Origin: Candidatus Eiseniibacteriota bacterium | Lineage (GTDB): Bacteria; Eisenbacteria; RBG-16-71-46; CAVPCR01 | Assembly (NCBI GenBank): GCA_963823555.1 | Contig: CAWGMA010000001.1 | Span: 32,001-96,000 of the forward strand | DNA length: 64,000 bases | Reading direction: 5' to 3' | Shown here: piece by piece, positions 47,792-57,005 of the stretch | How positions within the stretch are numbered: the stretch's first letter is position 1 | How the letters are laid out: the number at the start of each line of letters is the position of its first letter | Translations under genes and position numbers: made by a program | Notes under the pieces: model-generated | Told to the model about the DNA's origin: nothing | Databases searched by the model: none | Seen by the model: the letters and a program-made list of their open reading frames with translations, nothing else

Positions 47792-48976
47792 ATGACCAGC
47801 GAAGCCAATTCGCACTCGCCCATACCGCCTTCCCTGGTGCCCGGCCTCGCCGGCGTTCCTTGCGCCGAGTCGGCGATCAGCTTCATCGACGGCGAGCACG
47901 GGATTCTCGAGTACCGTGGGATCCCGATCCAGGAGCTGGCCGAGAACTCGACCTTCGAGGAGACGACCTATCTCCTCCTCTTTGGGAAGCTACCGACATC
48001 CGCCGAGCTCGAGAAGTTCACCCACGACCTCGTCTACCACCGGCGGATCAAGTTCCGTATCGTCGATCTTCTCAAGTGCCTCCCCGAAACCGGTCACCCC
48101 ATGGATGCGTTGCAGGCGGCGGTCGCAGCCCTCGGCATGTTCTATCCAGCCAAGAACGTGAGCGATCCCGAAGTGGCCTACATGTCGGCCGTACGCCTCA
48201 TCGCCAAGCTGCCGACCATCGTGGCGGCATTCCATCGCATTCGCCACGGTGACGATCCCATCCCGGCGCGGCGAGACATTCCGCATGCCGCCAATTTCCT
48301 CTTCATGCTGTCGGGCCAGGAGCCTGAGCCGCATATGGCGCGGATCATGGATGTCGCCCTGATCCTGCATGCCGATCACACGATGAATGCGTCGACCTTC
48401 TCCGCTCGCGTCGTGGGGTCGACCCTGGCCGATCCCTTCAGTGTCGTCTCGTCGGCGATCGGCTCCTTGACGGGTCCCTTGCACGGCGGTGCCAACGAGC
48501 GAGTCCTCGACTTCCTGCGTGAGATCGCCACCCCCGACCGCGTGGCTCCCACCATCGACGCCGCGCTGGCGCGCAAGGAGAAGATCATGGGGCTCGGCCA
48601 CCGCATCTACCACGTCAAGGATCCGCGCGCGGTGATGCTGCAGAAGCTCGCCGAGGGGCTCTTCACCCGCACCGGAAGGGAGCCGCTCTATGATCTGGCG
48701 GTGGAAGTGGAGCGAGTGGCTGCGGACCGGCTCGGGCCGCGCGGGATCTTCCCCAACGTCGATTTCTACTCGGGTGCCGTCTACGCGAAGATGGGGATCC
48801 CCCAGGATCTCTTCACACCGATCTTCGCCATCGGCCGTGTCTCCGGCTGGCTCGCCCACTGGCTCGAGATGCTGAAGAACAACCGCATCTACCGTCCCGG
48901 TCAGATCTATGTCGGCGAGCACGGCCGGTCCTGGGTGCCGATCGCCGAGCGCGTCGGAGACGCCGCGGACCGCTAG
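47792..48976 (+). CDS. gltA: Citrate synthase (short type)
   Basis: GILEYRG, HPMDAL, LHADHTMNASTF, GPLHGGANE, MGLGHRIY, DPRA and PNVDFYSG. Confidence 0.95.
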   Translation: MTSEANSHSPIPPSLVPGLAGVPCAESAISFIDGEHGILEYRGIPIQELAENSTFEETTYLLLFGKLPTSAELEKFTHDLVYHRRIKFRIVDLLKCLPETGHPMDALQAAVAALGMFYPAKNVSDPEVAYMSAVRLIAKLPTIVAAFHRIRHGDDPIPARRDIPHAANFLFMLSGQEPEPHMARIMDVALILHADHTMNASTFSARVVGSTLADPFSVVSSAIGSLTGPLHGGANERVLDFLREIATPDRVAPTIDAALARKEKIMGLGHRIYHVKDPRAVMLQKLAEGLFTRTGREPLYDLAVEVERVAADRLGPRGIFPNVDFYSGAVYAKMGIPQDLFTPIFAIGRVSGWLAHWLEMLKNNRIYRPGQIYVGEHGRSWVPIAERVGDAADR

Positions 48977-49066
48977 ACTTCAGGGCTCGATGCTCCGCGG
49001 AACCCGGGATCGGGTTCCGCTCGGGCCGCCGAGGAGCGCCACCGCGACCAGAGCGAGGCGCAGCAG

Positions 49067-49100
49067 AAGAGCCCCCACCGCGAACGCGCCGGGGGCTCTT
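49067..49100. terminator. Hairpin/possible bidirectional terminator between citrate synthase and the C25 gene
   Basis: AAGAGCCCCC...GGGGGCTCTT 10-bp stem, with T-rich flanks on both strands. Confidence 0.6.
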
Positions 49101-49145
49101 GTCTCTTGCGTGCGTCGTGACAGCGATCGCGTGCCGACGCTCGAA

Positions 49146-52100
49146 TCAACGTAGCATCGTCAATTTCTGCGTCGCGGTGAAGTCCCCGATCTGGATGCGG
49201 GCGAAGTAGACGCCCGAGGCCTGCACCGCCCCGCTCCCGCCGCGACCGTCCCAGGCCACGGTCTGCTGCCCGGTTTCCACCAATCCGTCCACCAGCCGGC
49301 GCAGGAGCCGGCCGTTGACATCATAGATGTCGAGCGTGACCTGTCGCGCTCCTCCCGCCTCGCCGGGGACGTCGAAGGCAAGCGTCGTCGCCGGGTTGAA
49401 TGGATTCGGACGCGCCGGATGGAACGCGGCTGTGGCGACCAGAGGCGCCGCCGCCGGCTCCTCGATCCCGATCTGCTGAGTGGGGGTGGTGAAACGACCC
49501 GTATTGCGGGTGTCGTGGCGGAAGAACGGCCACGGCAGAAGACTCGGGTTGAACGCCCCCGGCACCTCCCAGACATAGACCGTGGCATCGTAGCCCGCGA
49601 CCGCCACCTCGAGCAGCCCGTCGCGGTCGACATCCCAGAGGGCCGGCGTGCCGCGGACCTCGCCGTTGATCTGGATGGGGAAGCCGTTGGTCAGCGTCCC
49701 GTCATGATTGTAGCCGTGGAGTTTCCCCTTCTCGTCACCGAAGAGGATCTCCAGGCGACCGTCGCCGTCGATGTCGCCCACGGATGGAGTCGACTGCGTG
49801 GTCTGTGACGCCTGATCCGGCGTGTAGGCCACGGGGAAGCCGGGAAGCGGCGAGCCCGAGCGATTCCAGGCGCGGAGCATGCCGTCGGTGTCCGCGAAGA
49901 CCACGTCGAGATAGGTGTCGGCGTCGATATCAGCGACGACCGGGGATGGGAGGCGGGCGTCGGGCGTGTACGCCGGGGCGAACTGCGGCCAGCCCGCGCG
50001 CACCGATCCGTCGCGGCTCAGGACGTAGACTCTCCCGCCGTCGCGCTCGGCGGAGAAGATCACCTCGTCCGTGCCGTTGCGATCGATGTCCGCCACCGCG
50101 ATCGACGAACTGACCTGCGATGGATTCTGAGCGCTGCCGCTCAGGAAGGGCCAGCCGAGGACTCCGGTGCCGTCGATGTTGAAGGCATAGACGGCTCCTG
50201 TGTTCCCCGTCGAGTAGTTGGCGGAACAGAGGATCTCGAGCTGGGGATCCTGATCGAGCTGGGCGACGGCGGCGCTGCCATAGCAGAAGGAGATCCCGGT
50301 GACCTGGGCGAGGACGCCGTTGGTCGCCGGATTGTTGTCCCCGTTGGCGACTTCCTGCCCGGTGTGGTGCCAGGCGAAGAGCCGACCCCCACCGGCGGCC
50401 CAGACCACGATCTCGAGATCGCCGTCGCCGTCGAGGTCCGCCATCAAGGGCGATCCCCAGTTGAGATCGTCCATGACCCACTTCGGCCAGCCAGGAAGCG
50501 GTACGCCGCGGAAGTCCCACAGGAAGAGGCTGTCCGCCGTGAAGCCGACGTTGGCGACTTCCTGGAAGCCGTTGCCGTTCACGTCTCCCACGGCTGGCGC
50601 AGCCGCGAAGCCCGCGGTGATGCTCCGTTTGCCGAGGAGCGAGAAGGGCCCGTTGGTGCGCGGATCCTCATCACCGTCGGTGACCTCGGTGCCGTCCCCG
50701 TGCCAGGCGTACTGCATGTCGGACCCCACCAACATCTCGATATGCTGGCCCTGATCGATGTCGGCAACAGTGATCGAGGATGAAGTCTGCTGAGTGACTT
50801 CCTGGGGCCAGCCGCTCGCGATGGCAGGGTTGGTCGTGCCGGAGAAGACAGGGGAGGGCACCGACTCGTTGTACGAGGAGTCCCGGGCCACGATCTTGTA
50901 GTAGAAGCGAGTGAGGCCGGGCAGGTTCAGGTCCTCGAATGCCGACGTTCCATCCACGGTGAAGTTGTTGATGCGGTTGAATGGGCCGCCCGCGGCATCG
51001 GCTCGATAGATGTCATAGCCCCTCACGTCCGTCGCCGGCGAACGCTTCCAGGTGAGGCGGATCGCCGAGGGCGAGCCAAAGGCATTGAAGCTATCGGCGG
51101 CGGCCGGGGCGAGTACATCGAGGTACTGGAGCGGGGCCTGGCCCAGGGCGTCCGCGAGTCGCAGTTCGAGAAGCACGGTGGTTGGATCGGCCTGTCCGCT
51201 CAGCGTGAACGCGAACCGATCTCCCTCTGTCTCCTGGCCTGCGCCCAGCGTCCCGAAGCTCGATGTCCCGTCCGTCACCGTGACCTCGGGGTGCGGTTGA
51301 CGGTCCGAGACGCGCAGCGCCCGGAGCGTACCGGTCACACCCACGGCACGGTCCTGACCCGTGTTCCTGAGTGTCACGCGGTAGTAGATCTCTTCTCCGG
51401 CCTCGATGACTCCGTTGCCGTTGCCGCGCGGCGCGGCGTCGTCCGCGACGTGCTTGTAGTGCTCGAGGTATGGGCGGCGGATCGGCAGTACGAGAGCGTC
51501 GGTCCATGTGCCCTGGCCCCCGCTCGCCGCCAGGGTGAACACCGGCTGATAGGCCACCGGGGCATTGACCGCGATCGAAACCAGGAAGGCCGCTGTACCC
51601 TGGGAGCTGCCTCCCGGAGAGATCGTTCCGTAGTTGACCGTGGGTTGCAGGATGGTGATGGCGTTCTCTGGATCGTTGTCGGCCAGCGTGCCCACCAATC
51701 CCGTCACCTGGGCGCCGCCCGAATTGCGCAGCGTCACCCTGAGCTCGATGGTCTCGCCGGCATCGGCCTGGCCGTCACCGTCGCCGATGCTCTGGCCGAT
51801 GTTGTCATCATCGACCACAAAGGACGCCACGTGCACGTAGGGTCCGCTGCCCGCCGCCACGCCGATCTGGCCGCTGTAGGCCTTGTAGTAGCTCTTGTGA
51901 ACCGTGAGCTCCATGAACCCCTGAGTCTGGGCCTCGATGGGGAGCTGCGCCAGGCCGCTGGCTGCCGTCACGCCCCGGACATAGGTCTCGGTTCCCTTGA
52001 GCAAGGTCACCGTCGCCCCGGCCACCGGACTGCCCTGGGCCGTCACCGTGACCGCCAGCGGCGATCCGCCGATGGCGACCGACGACGCGTGCGCTACCTG

Positions 52101-54017
52101 CATGGGGACCACCGCATTGGTGTAGAGATCCACCTCCGGATCTCCGAGCAGCGTCGTCGCCATCAGGTTCCAGCGGTTGGGGCCGTCGAAATCCGATCCC
52201 GGGATGAGAGAGGCGCGCGCCATGTCGGTGGCGGGGCCCAGTGAACGGGCGGAATCCTGCCACACGGTCTCGAACCAGGCGGTCTGGTAGGTGCGAGAGG
52301 CGGTGACGAAAGCCAGGCGGGAGGTCCCGATGTAGGCGATCGACCCCCCGTTCGCGTTCTTCACCCAGCGCTCGCCGATCGAATTGAAATCGATCGAGGC
52401 GGAGCTGCAGTTGATGGCGAACACCACCGAGTTCTTCGGTGCGTTGATGAGCCCATCGGAGTCGGCATTATTGAGCGTTCCGGAACCCACCGACATGGTG
52501 TTGCGATAGCCGTGGCCGACGTGGTGCACGATGCCGAACCCGGCGTTGATCGAGTCGATGGCGGCCTCTTTCGTGAGCTCGATGGATCCGGGGTAGCTCG
52601 CCGACTCCTCGTAGAGACGCACCTTACGGATCCAGGACGGCACCAGCGCCAGCGCTTCCTGGGCGATGTCGGCACCATGGGTGGTGGGGAAGAGCCGCTC
52701 GGCGAGAGTCAGGATCGACGCGGGATAGCGCGCGAGCATGGGTGCGTTCTGCTCGTACAGAAGCGTCTTGTCGACAAACGTGGCTGCCTGGCTCACGGTG
52801 GACACGGGAGCCCGGCCGATATTCACCTCGTTGTAGAAGTCCACCTCGTCGCTCGAACCGCCCGGTTCGACCCCCTCGCCGAACAAGGCGTCTCCATCGG
52901 CGTTCCAGTTGCCGTCGAGACAGCCGTAGTAGATGTCCGAGGGGATGAACTCCCCACCATAGAAGATGGTGTAACCGTAGCGGGGCGGCACGATGTCGGT
53001 GTCGCCACCGAGGAGCACGTAGCGCGTCCCCCAGTTCTGATACGCATCACGGATGAAGAACCGGACCCGCTCCGCCCGGTCCACCCCGTTCGGGTACGTC
53101 TGGTCGATCCACTCGACCGTCCTGACCGCCGCCTGCACCCCCTTCAGCGTCTTCCAGCCCGCCAGCCGCTGGAACTCCCCCGCGAGCGCCGCCGACGTCA
53201 CCACCACGTACTCCACCGCGCTGCCGTCCGTCGTCGGCCGGAACGTCGGCTGGTACGGCCCCGGACCCGCCGGACCGCTCCCCGCATCGCCCCCACCCTC
53301 GGTCGCCGCCGCCGGGGTGAACCCGCGGATCCACTTCGATGCGTCCGCCTCGAACTTCGACTCGATCGCCGCCGACACCCGCCGCCGCTCGACCGCCTCC
53401 GGCATCCCTGCCGGCCGCCCCGGCTCGAGGACGAGCTCGACCTCGACCACGCTCGCCCGCTCGAGCTGACCCGTCCCCGGCGACCACCTGACCGGCGACA
53501 CCAGCACTCCCGCCAGCTGGTGACCGCGGAGCGTCCCCTCGCTCCCGAGCCGGGCCCACTCCCCAGGCACCGGCCCCGCGCTCCCGTACACCTCCGCGTC
53601 CGCCACCGCCGCCTTCTCTTCGTCGCTCACGCGCACGTCCGGCGCCACCGGTCGCACCCGCACCACTCCCAGCTCCGCCACCCCCTGGGCCCGGCTCTTG
53701 ACCCCCACCACCCGCATCCCCGATGGCACCTCGATCCACACCGGCACGAGCGGTAGATCCGGCGACCCGGTCGGAGACGCCGCCGCTCCCGGGTAGCGCA
53801 CCACCACCGTGCCGTCCGCCTGTTCCTCCAGCCGGAGATCGCCTGCCTCGAAGCGCACCTCCTCGCGGACCACGGTGGAATGAGGAGCGCCGCTCGCCTC
53901 ACGGGCGTCGATCGACCCCATGCTGGTTGCGGCAAGGGCGATGAGGAGAGTGGTGAGAAGAAGATTGGGGCGAGTGCGAAGTCCAGGTGCGAACAGGGCA
54001 CCGGAAGCACAACTCAT
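49146..54017 (-). CDS. Gingipain-like C25 protease with intact His-Cys dyad, Fn3, FG-GAP/VCBS repeats and FlgD-Ig CTD
   Basis: YVLLGGD, PSDIYY, NIGRAPV, HHVGHG (His at 52512-52514), AINCSS (Cys at 52407-52409), LLGDPE, DxDGDGxLEI repeats and a PNPFNP CTD. GGAGG RBS before ATG 54017. Confidence 0.92.
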   Translation of the reverse strand: MSCASGALFAPGLRTRPNLLLTTLLIALAATSMGSIDAREASGAPHSTVVREEVRFEAGDLRLEEQADGTVVVRYPGAAASPTGSPDLPLVPVWIEVPSGMRVVGVKSRAQGVAELGVVRVRPVAPDVRVSDEEKAAVADAEVYGSAGPVPGEWARLGSEGTLRGHQLAGVLVSPVRWSPGTGQLERASVVEVELVLEPGRPAGMPEAVERRRVSAAIESKFEADASKWIRGFTPAAATEGGGDAGSGPAGPGPYQPTFRPTTDGSAVEYVVVTSAALAGEFQRLAGWKTLKGVQAAVRTVEWIDQTYPNGVDRAERVRFFIRDAYQNWGTRYVLLGGDTDIVPPRYGYTIFYGGEFIPSDIYYGCLDGNWNADGDALFGEGVEPGGSSDEVDFYNEVNIGRAPVSTVSQAATFVDKTLLYEQNAPMLARYPASILTLAERLFPTTHGADIAQEALALVPSWIRKVRLYEESASYPGSIELTKEAAIDSINAGFGIVHHVGHGYRNTMSVGSGTLNNADSDGLINAPKNSVVFAINCSSASIDFNSIGERWVKNANGGSIAYIGTSRLAFVTASRTYQTAWFETVWQDSARSLGPATDMARASLIPGSDFDGPNRWNLMATTLLGDPEVDLYTNAVVPMQVAHASSVAIGGSPLAVTVTAQGSPVAGATVTLLKGTETYVRGVTAASGLAQLPIEAQTQGFMELTVHKSYYKAYSGQIGVAAGSGPYVHVASFVVDDDNIGQSIGDGDGQADAGETIELRVTLRNSGGAQVTGLVGTLADNDPENAITILQPTVNYGTISPGGSSQGTAAFLVSIAVNAPVAYQPVFTLAASGGQGTWTDALVLPIRRPYLEHYKHVADDAAPRGNGNGVIEAGEEIYYRVTLRNTGQDRAVGVTGTLRALRVSDRQPHPEVTVTDGTSSFGTLGAGQETEGDRFAFTLSGQADPTTVLLELRLADALGQAPLQYLDVLAPAAADSFNAFGSPSAIRLTWKRSPATDVRGYDIYRADAAGGPFNRINNFTVDGTSAFEDLNLPGLTRFYYKIVARDSSYNESVPSPVFSGTTNPAIASGWPQEVTQQTSSSITVADIDQGQHIEMLVGSDMQYAWHGDGTEVTDGDEDPRTNGPFSLLGKRSITAGFAAAPAVGDVNGNGFQEVANVGFTADSLFLWDFRGVPLPGWPKWVMDDLNWGSPLMADLDGDGDLEIVVWAAGGGRLFAWHHTGQEVANGDNNPATNGVLAQVTGISFCYGSAAVAQLDQDPQLEILCSANYSTGNTGAVYAFNIDGTGVLGWPFLSGSAQNPSQVSSSIAVADIDRNGTDEVIFSAERDGGRVYVLSRDGSVRAGWPQFAPAYTPDARLPSPVVADIDADTYLDVVFADTDGMLRAWNRSGSPLPGFPVAYTPDQASQTTQSTPSVGDIDGDGRLEILFGDEKGKLHGYNHDGTLTNGFPIQINGEVRGTPALWDVDRDGLLEVAVAGYDATVYVWEVPGAFNPSLLPWPFFRHDTRNTGRFTTPTQQIGIEEPAAAPLVATAAFHPARPNPFNPATTLAFDVPGEAGGARQVTLDIYDVNGRLLRRLVDGLVETGQQTVAWDGRGGSGAVQASGVYFARIQIGDFTATQKLTMLR

Positions 54018-54312
54018 CGGGAATCCTCCGGGGTAGGGGAAGCTGGTTGTCACCTAATGTCAACTCGTCCGCGGCGTTATCACAGCTAGACGCTGTGCCG
54101 GTGGGACGCTCGGGGGCAAGATTCTGGGTATGGGCGACCCAGGAACGCCCGCCAGCAGATGGGCGGGCGGGCGTTCGACCGCGTGGCAGGCGCCCAATAG
54201 TGTACCAGAAGGAGGGCGGCCGGGGGTCAAGGGAAACCCAGGCCGCCGAGCCCGGGTTCCTGCTCGGCGCGGCGCCGGGCGCGGCGGCGGCCCATGGAGG
54301 GATGGAGCCAGT

Positions 54313-55863
54313 TCAGGGGACGATGGCGACCGAGCGGCGGGAATGCCCCTCGCCACCGTCGAGATCGACATAGTAGACGCCGGCGCTCAGACCGCTGGTA
54401 TCGATCCGGCTGAAGTGGACCCCGGCGGCCCCGGACAGGGGTCCGCTCGTCCGCACCACCTGCCCACGCGCATTGGTCAGGCGCGCGGTCGCAGATCCGG
54501 GCCTCGTGATCCGGTAGCGGATCACGACCGCCTCTCCCCGCTTGATCGGGTTGTGGAGCACGGCCATCATTCCATTCCCGCGGCCGTCGCCGGCCAGGGG
54601 ATCGAGAACCACGTCCGCCGGGTCCGGCATGGCATCCCAGACCGCCACCAGGTCGGGGAATGGGCCCACCAGACCGGGAGTGTGGTCCGTCGTGATCACG
54701 CAGTCGATGCCGAGCGTCCGGCAATCCGCCATGAGCTGATCGAAGTCGGGAGCCTGGGGTGCATCCGGGGACAGTGGCGTGTGCTGGTGGAAGAAGACCC
54801 GGATCGGGATCAGATCGCCGAGGACGTCTGCTGCGTACTGGTTGGCAAAGGTGCCCGGTCCGGTCGGCAGGATGGGAGAGGTGAAGAAGACCTGCTTCGA
54901 GCGGCAGGACCACGTGTTCCAGTCGCCGATGAGCGAGTCGCCGTAGGCGAACCAGAAAAGGAAGCGCTCGCCTCCCGGCAGCGCCGACAGCGGGAAGGAG
55001 GCAACGGCGGTGTTCTCCCAGGTCGCAATCGGCGTGATCTCGCCCAAGGGACCTCCTGGAGTTCCTGCCCAGAGTTGCACGTGCCGGGTGGGACTGGTGA
55101 GCGTCAGCGAGGCGGCGATCGAATCGAACTCGGCACTCACGAAGCGTGAATAGCCCACCGTGCCCAGGGTGCGCCGTGCGCGCACGGCAGCGAAGACTTC
55201 CGCCATGGCTTCCGTGGCTGGCAGCTCGTGCCAGTCCGGGCGCACGAAGACCACGGTGCACGGAGCGCCGCAGCCGAAGTAGAAGACAGTGGGGGAGAGG
55301 TGGAAGTCGACCTCGAGAAGGAACGCCGGGATCTGCTCGGTGGCGACGGTCGTGCTGTAGACCTGCCCCATCTGGATCGACAGCTGACGCCGCCAGTTCG
55401 AGTCCCCGTTGTAAGTGGGGGAGACGCCCACGTTGAGGAGGGCGATGGCATCGGGATACCAGGTGTCCTGAGTGGCGTGGATGATGCCGAGGAGATCCGT
55501 GATCTGGCGTTCAGGGGGGTACACTGGATCGCGCCAGTTGGGATGGGCGAACCACCACAGCGGATCGCTCCCTTGACGATCCAGGTTCATGATGTCAGCG
55601 GCCCGCTGCTGGTAGGGCGGGATCGGTTGACCCTGCCAGGCGTAGGTCGCGAGCGGCGCTCTGACTCCAGCCACGCCCAGGTGCACCCAGTCGGTGGTGT
55701 ACTCGAGGCCGGTGACGAGGAGAACGCGGGAGTTGTCACCCGGTTCGGGATCGGCGCCGGCGTTGCCCGTCGTGAGACCGAGCAGCGAGATCCCGATGAT
55801 GCCGGAGCAGAGGAAGGCGGCCGAACAGCGGTGCCGGGGTCCGGAGGGGAGACCCAATTTCAC
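54313..55863 (-). CDS. Secreted PHP-fold (CehA/McbA-like) metallohydrolase, apparently circularly permuted, with a T9SS-like CTD
   Basis: Motif order is TGLEYT..VH, FAHP, EVDFH, AAVRARR, TSPI, then FHQHTPLSPD...GIDCVITTDH. C-terminus HNP...GQVVR...SAGVYY. Start is uncertain (GTG 55863). Confidence 0.7.
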   Translation of the reverse strand: MKLGLPSGPRHRCSAAFLCSGIIGISLLGLTTGNAGADPEPGDNSRVLLVTGLEYTTDWVHLGVAGVRAPLATYAWQGQPIPPYQQRAADIMNLDRQGSDPLWWFAHPNWRDPVYPPERQITDLLGIIHATQDTWYPDAIALLNVGVSPTYNGDSNWRRQLSIQMGQVYSTTVATEQIPAFLLEVDFHLSPTVFYFGCGAPCTVVFVRPDWHELPATEAMAEVFAAVRARRTLGTVGYSRFVSAEFDSIAASLTLTSPTRHVQLWAGTPGGPLGEITPIATWENTAVASFPLSALPGGERFLFWFAYGDSLIGDWNTWSCRSKQVFFTSPILPTGPGTFANQYAADVLGDLIPIRVFFHQHTPLSPDAPQAPDFDQLMADCRTLGIDCVITTDHTPGLVGPFPDLVAVWDAMPDPADVVLDPLAGDGRGNGMMAVLHNPIKRGEAVVIRYRITRPGSATARLTNARGQVVRTSGPLSGAAGVHFSRIDTSGLSAGVYYVDLDGGEGHSRRSVAIVP

Positions 55864-56021
55864 AAACCTCAATGAGCGCTCGACGCGCTCATTCAGGGAA
55901 TGCCGGCAAGAGGGACCGGCGAACGTTCGGGACGTAACCCGCATCCATTGTAGCACCGGCGATGGCCTCCCGGGGCAACGGTGAAATCGGGTTGCACTCG
56001 CACCACCAGGTGAGCTTCGCT

Positions 56022-57005
56022 ATGCTCCGCACGATGAGCGTGTCCAAGAGCTTCCGTCATCCCCGCCGGAATCGGCAGCGTCTGGCCTGGGCTCTTCCGG
56101 GGCTCGTCCTGGCCAGCCTGTGGCTTCAGATCCCGGCCGCCGCCCAGGTCCCGGCCGACTCCCTCCTTCTCGCTCCCGGGCCGGTCGACAGCCTGGGCCG
56201 ACCGCTCGAGATCTGGCGCGTGCCGGCCCTTGCCGTCGAGGACACCTTCGGGGTGCGGGTCCGGTACGCGCTCCGCACCGTGGAGGTCCAGGGCAAGCGG
56301 CTCACACTCAGGGATATCCTCGAGCGAGCACGCGAGGGCGAGCGCCGCCGCCGCGAGGCGATCGAGGACGTGAGCTACACGGAGCAGGTGCGTGTCGTTC
56401 TCGCCGGGAGTCGCACCGATAAGGACAGGCGGCGCATCTTCGAAGAGCGGAGTCGCACCTACTTCAAGCCTCCCGACCGATCGCTTCGGGTCGAGCTCGC
56501 TGAACGCGAGTACGGCGATCAAGACGAGCGCGAAGACCTGAAAGTCAAGGCCCAGGTCTCGATCAGTGTCGATGACGCTCTGGACTTCGCTCAGGGTCCG
56601 TTCTATCTCGAGGACATCGACTCGTATCGCTACGAGATCCACGATCGAAAGCTGTTCCCCGATCGCGTGCTCTACGCGGTGACATTCACTCCGCGCTCGG
56701 ATTTCGATCCCTTGCCTGAGGGTACGTTCTGGATCGACACCGCGGACTTCGTCATCGTGCACGAGGAAATGGCTTTTGCCCGCAACCCGCTGCCGCTGAT
56801 CCTCAAGTCGATCGATGAGATCGTGCGCGAGCGGCGTCTCGTCGATGATCACTGGGTGGTCACGCGGCTCCAGGTGAAGGCGGAGGTGCTCTCGGCGCTC
56901 GTCTTCGGCTTCAAGAAGGTGGAGGTGGAGGCCCTGTTCAGCGATTTCGCCTTCGATCAGGGTCTCGAGGACTCCCTCTTCGAAGGTCGAGGGAGCGCGC
57001 GGTGA
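56022..57005 (+). CDS. Exported protein resembling the N-terminal part of DUF5686-type proteins
   Basis: Signal peptide, LRTVEVQG, PFYLEDIDSYRYEI, YAVTFTPR and EGTFWIDTADFVIV. Coupled to the next gene (GTGA overlap). Confidence 0.6.
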   Translation: MLRTMSVSKSFRHPRRNRQRLAWALPGLVLASLWLQIPAAAQVPADSLLLAPGPVDSLGRPLEIWRVPALAVEDTFGVRVRYALRTVEVQGKRLTLRDILERAREGERRRREAIEDVSYTEQVRVVLAGSRTDKDRRRIFEERSRTYFKPPDRSLRVELAEREYGDQDEREDLKVKAQVSISVDDALDFAQGPFYLEDIDSYRYEIHDRKLFPDRVLYAVTFTPRSDFDPLPEGTFWIDTADFVIVHEEMAFARNPLPLILKSIDEIVRERRLVDDHWVVTRLQVKAEVLSALVFGFKKVEVEALFSDFAFDQGLEDSLFEGRGSAR

